DNA of 53,091 bases from Mesotaenium endlicherianum (Eukaryota): positions 100,853-153,943 of the forward strand of contig WELA01001054.1 of NCBI GenBank assembly GCA_009602735.1. The letters are read 5' to 3'. How positions within the stretch are numbered: the first letter of the stretch is position 1; every line of letters starts with the position of its first letter. Below are positions 49,730-53,091 of the stretch, piece by piece. A program made the position numbers and the translations under genes. The notes under the pieces were generated by a model. It was given only the letters and a program-made list of their open reading frames with translations, did not search any database and was not told the DNA's origin.

Positions 49730-50017
49730 TAAGCTCCACTCGCCAGCTGGCCTGGTGCTTGGGTAGAAGCCGGGACACCAACCCTGCTGCCGTCCCACCT
49801 GCTGCTGCTGCTGCTCCTGCTTCTGCTCCCCCTTCTGCTCCCGCTCCTGCTCCTACTCCTGCTGGTGCTTGCTGCTCCTGCAGCGGCTGCGGGACACGGG
49901 GCATCGCCAACGAGAGGCTGCAGTGCGCGCAGCACCCGCATCAACTTGGAGATCAAGGAGGGGGTGAGGACAAGGGGGCAGGATCGAGGGGGCGGCGGAA
50001 AAGAACGAGCTCGTCCA

Positions 50018-51629
50018 TCACATGGGCTGCACATGTCTCCGATGGTGTTTGTGTCGGGGCCGCTGGAAGGGACGCCTGCCTGCCCCGGCCGCCGCCGCCG
50101 CCGCTGCACCCCCATTCTCCTCCTCCTCCTCTGACGACATAAAACTGTCAGTGTCCGTGCTCCCCTCCAACGAGGACGACGCCGACGAGGACGAGGAGCT
50201 GCTTTCCTCCCTGATCCTCCTCCTCCCCCTCCTCCTCCCGCCTCCTCCTCCCTCCTCTTCCTCCCTCCTCCTCCTCCCTCCTCTTTGTGGCTCTTGTCCT
50301 GCCGCATTCACAGCAGCCGCCGCGGCCGCAGCACCACGTGGCCGCGGCTCCTCAAGCAAGTCTCTTCGCAGCCGTGCAACTGGCAGCATGTCGTCAAGCA
50401 CAGGCGCCACCTGGGCCGCCGCTGGTACGGCTGCAGGCACGGGTGGCACGTTCAGGAAGGGGCGGAGGAGGCCAGGTGGCATGCCGTGGTGGCGCGCAAC
50501 CGGGACCACGAAGCCGTCATTCTGCAACCAGGGGGCTAGTGGAGGAGGTGGAAGAGGAAGAGCAGCGATGCCAGCTGGCGCGGCCACGCCAGGTGGCCCA
50601 GCGACGTGGACTGGCACAGGAATGCCAGGTGGCGCCGCTGGTGGTGGTCCCTCCTCCATCGGCCATCGGGCCCCCATCTCGGCTGCCAACTGGCGGAGCT
50701 GCAGCAGCACAAGCCCCACATGCAAGTCCTAGTCAGTGCGCTTCTTGTGGGGACCACACTTTTCTATCTCTTCTAGAAGCATTCATCCCATACGAGTGCC
50801 GCCTGACACAGACGCAACACAACATACGCGTCTCGCAACAAATGCACGCGAGAGACATGGGAGGAAATCCTAGCAGGACACTTGCAGCCTCACACGGCAA
50901 ATGTTGCAAAGGATTGAAGAGGAGACGCGGAAAAAGATTCTGACATAGAGAGGGCGGCATGGGTAGCCAGCCATCAGACACCAGAAAGATCTCAGAAAAG
51001 AATTCACGTCGGGCAGCTGCGTCTTTACTGTCGGAAAATTGTGCTATTTATCTTCATGGTCTCTGCGTGTACGTAGATCCACATATAATAATAAGATGCG
51101 AAAAGTACTGATGTGTATTTGTACATATATACACATACATACACATATACAAATATACATATTATATACATGCATATATATCCATGTATATGTATATATT
51201 TATATATGCACATATATGACTACGTACGTATGTGTAATGGTATATACATATATCTGGAGAATTCTGTTGACATTCATCTATATGATACATATATACGTGT
51301 ATATACACACAACATGTACGGTTTTTTGTACATGCCTACATGGAAATGTATGTTCGGGCATGTAGTCATGCATACGCGTATACATCTGTAAATCTATATA
51401 TATATATGTGTATATATATGTATATATGTACAAAACAGGTGTATATTAGTCTTTGAAACACGTGTGTATTGTAATATGCAAGTGTATATGCACACTTATG
51501 CCCAGACAACTAGTCATGCAAATAGATGCGCATGCTACTCCGCGCTTCATGCATCTCCATAGGTATGTCATGCAGCTTCACGTGTGTACACAATGTGCAT
51601 ATTCTTGGAATACATATATTCACACACAT

Positions 51630-51664
<35 letters not shown>

Positions 51665-52315
51665 TACACAGACACATGTATACATAAACACACATAGAAC
51701 ATGAACACACGTGACACACACACACGGGGAGGGAGTTTGGGAGGGAGGGAGGGAGGGAGGGAGGGAGGGAGGAAGGGAAGGAGAGAGGGAGGGGGATAAG
51801 CAGATGAGGTGCAGTCAGACCCTTGGTACCCTCGTTGCCCGGTGCATCAGCAATCCTCTCGGCAGGTACCGTAGGAGGTAGGGGGAGGAGACTGGGATGA
51901 AAGCTCAGGGGTCACATGCGCGCGGACTATCCCGGCCTGACAGCCTTACCCGCGCGTGGTTGTGCCCCCCCAGCTGTCGCAGCAGCCGTTGCATCTCCAA
52001 GTCGGCAGCTGCCCGCTCCTCCTGCCGCCGCTGCCGCCGCAGCTGCAGCTGCATCTGCCTCTGCAGCTGCCGCAGCAGCACGTCATTGGCCGGCTCTTGC
52101 TCCATGTGGGGGACGGGGTGGGGGAGGAAGTGGTGGACGGGGCGTTCAGCCCCCCCTGCCGGCAGATGCTGGGGCCTCCTTTCAGGCGGGTCCTGGTTGG
52201 CGCCGCCGACGTCGTCGGATGGGCCGATCTGGTGGCTGGCGAGAGCCGGAGCCTCGCGCTGCAGCGCCTGCAGCGCCTTCTCCTTGGCCTGCTTCACCAC
52301 CTTGTCTCCGTCCTC
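50018..52315 (-). CDS. 3' exons of a gene continuing beyond the window; probable C-terminus of an RNF216/TRIAD3-like RBR E3 ubiquitin ligase
   Basis: Phase-0 exons 52315-51950 (EDGDKVVKQAKEKALQALQREAPALASHQIGPS...HNHAR, donor GTAAGG) and 50698-50018 (Pro/Ala-rich then acidic, ending HVQPM*). The first 32 aa align without gaps to my recollection of the post-RING2 segment of human RNF216 ([32 protein letters not shown]), which is also followed by a Pro-rich tail. The RING domains are not in the window: coding status is fairly secure, family assignment tentative. Confidence 0.6.
51110..51724. repeat. Degenerate (TA/CA/TG)n low-complexity tract, intronic
   Basis: Long alternating purine-pyrimidine sequence (tatatacacatacatacacat...), ending in (CA)n. 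Confidence 0.85.
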
Positions 52316-52359
52316 CTGCTCTCTCTCTCACCCCCTCCCCCCCTTGGTGCGTGCATGAG

Positions 52360-52472
52360 AGTGCGCGTGCGCGTGTCCGTGCGCGTGTGCGTGTGTGTGC
52401 GTGTGTGTGCGTGCATGTACGTATGTGCGCGTGTGTGTGTGTGCGTGTGTGTGCATGTGTGCGTGTGTGCGT
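52360..52472. repeat. (TG/CG)n microsatellite, intronic
   Basis: gtgcgcgtgcgcgtgtccgtgcgcgtgtgcgtgtgtgtgc... Confidence 0.88.
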
Positions 52473-53091
52473 GGCGTATATGAGCGTGTTGGAGCCGATT
52501 AGCAATGGCAGATGAAGAGCGAGAGGAGTGCGAGCGCATGCCAGATCGGACGGCATGGGGAGTGCGCCGCTCGACGGGCACACAAGCTCAGAAAGTGGTT
52601 GGGCTCGCTTGTACGCTGCACGAGCAATGCCGGGGATGCAAGGGTAGCATCTCGCGCTGGCTTGGACGCATCCAGTAACGTCTGACGAGACGGGGAGGGT
52701 GCGCGGGGGGGAGGGCAGCCAAGCTGGGGGTGGGGCTGGGGTCTTGGGGCGTGAGGGGGCATGGATTGACACGTGGACGCCAGGTGGAAGTTGCATGGCA
52801 ATTCTTCCAAAAAGTGCGCCCGCCCAACGGCCCACTGCCCGCCCATGCTGTTTCTCATCAGGGTGGCGTGAGCTCAGCAACGTATGACCTAGCAGTCCCT
52901 CAGAAGGTGCCAGGTGGAGGCTCAAGCAGGGACCAAGAGGAGCCCAGGTTCGCAGAACTAGCAGGCTACCAAGAGAGCGAAAGGAAGGGGAGGGCTGCTC
53001 TCGCAGAGCTTTGTCCGTGCGGAGCAAAGAAAGAGGATGGGAGAGAGGAAGGCAGCACTTGGCGGGGGAGGGAGGGGGGGACGGAAAGACT

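Larger units (their letters stand above)
2679..50633. repeat. Dispersed highly iterated palindromic decamer GCCA(G/C)(G/C)TGGC
   Basis: 28 exact copies located by eye (coordinates in findings) plus many single-mismatch copies. Confidence 0.85.

Overview
Eukaryotic nuclear DNA with spliceosomal GT-AG introns and two assembly gaps. Plant-type gene families in a GC-rich, microsatellite-laden context suggest a streptophyte green alga (inference). Seven protein-coding genes were reconstructed exon by exon with phase-consistent splice sites: (1) a very large SCAR/WAVE Arp2/3 activator (+, 5'-truncated, 575-13082); (2) an intronless plant-type protein of unknown function (-, 16352-16882); (3) SRP40/Nopp140 (-, 19917-27417); (4) a HIG1-domain protein (-, 30190-32303); (5) an AGD14/AGFG-type ArfGAP (-, 34010-40988); (6) a METTL21-family methyltransferase (+, 42184-46363); (7) the 3' end of a probable RNF216/TRIAD3-like RBR E3 ligase (-, 50018-52315). 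The most striking unexplained signal is the palindromic decamer GCCASSTGGC: 28 exact copies counted by eye against about 1 or fewer expected. It occurs in exons, introns and 3' flanks, and all 18 coding copies share one codon register, reminiscent of cyanobacterial HIP1. Also notable are a C-rich-5'/G-rich-3' intron polarity with acceptors lacking polypyrimidine tracts, and a frame break in a G-run inside the giant SCAR exon. No tRNA, rRNA, CRISPR array or intact transposon was recognised.
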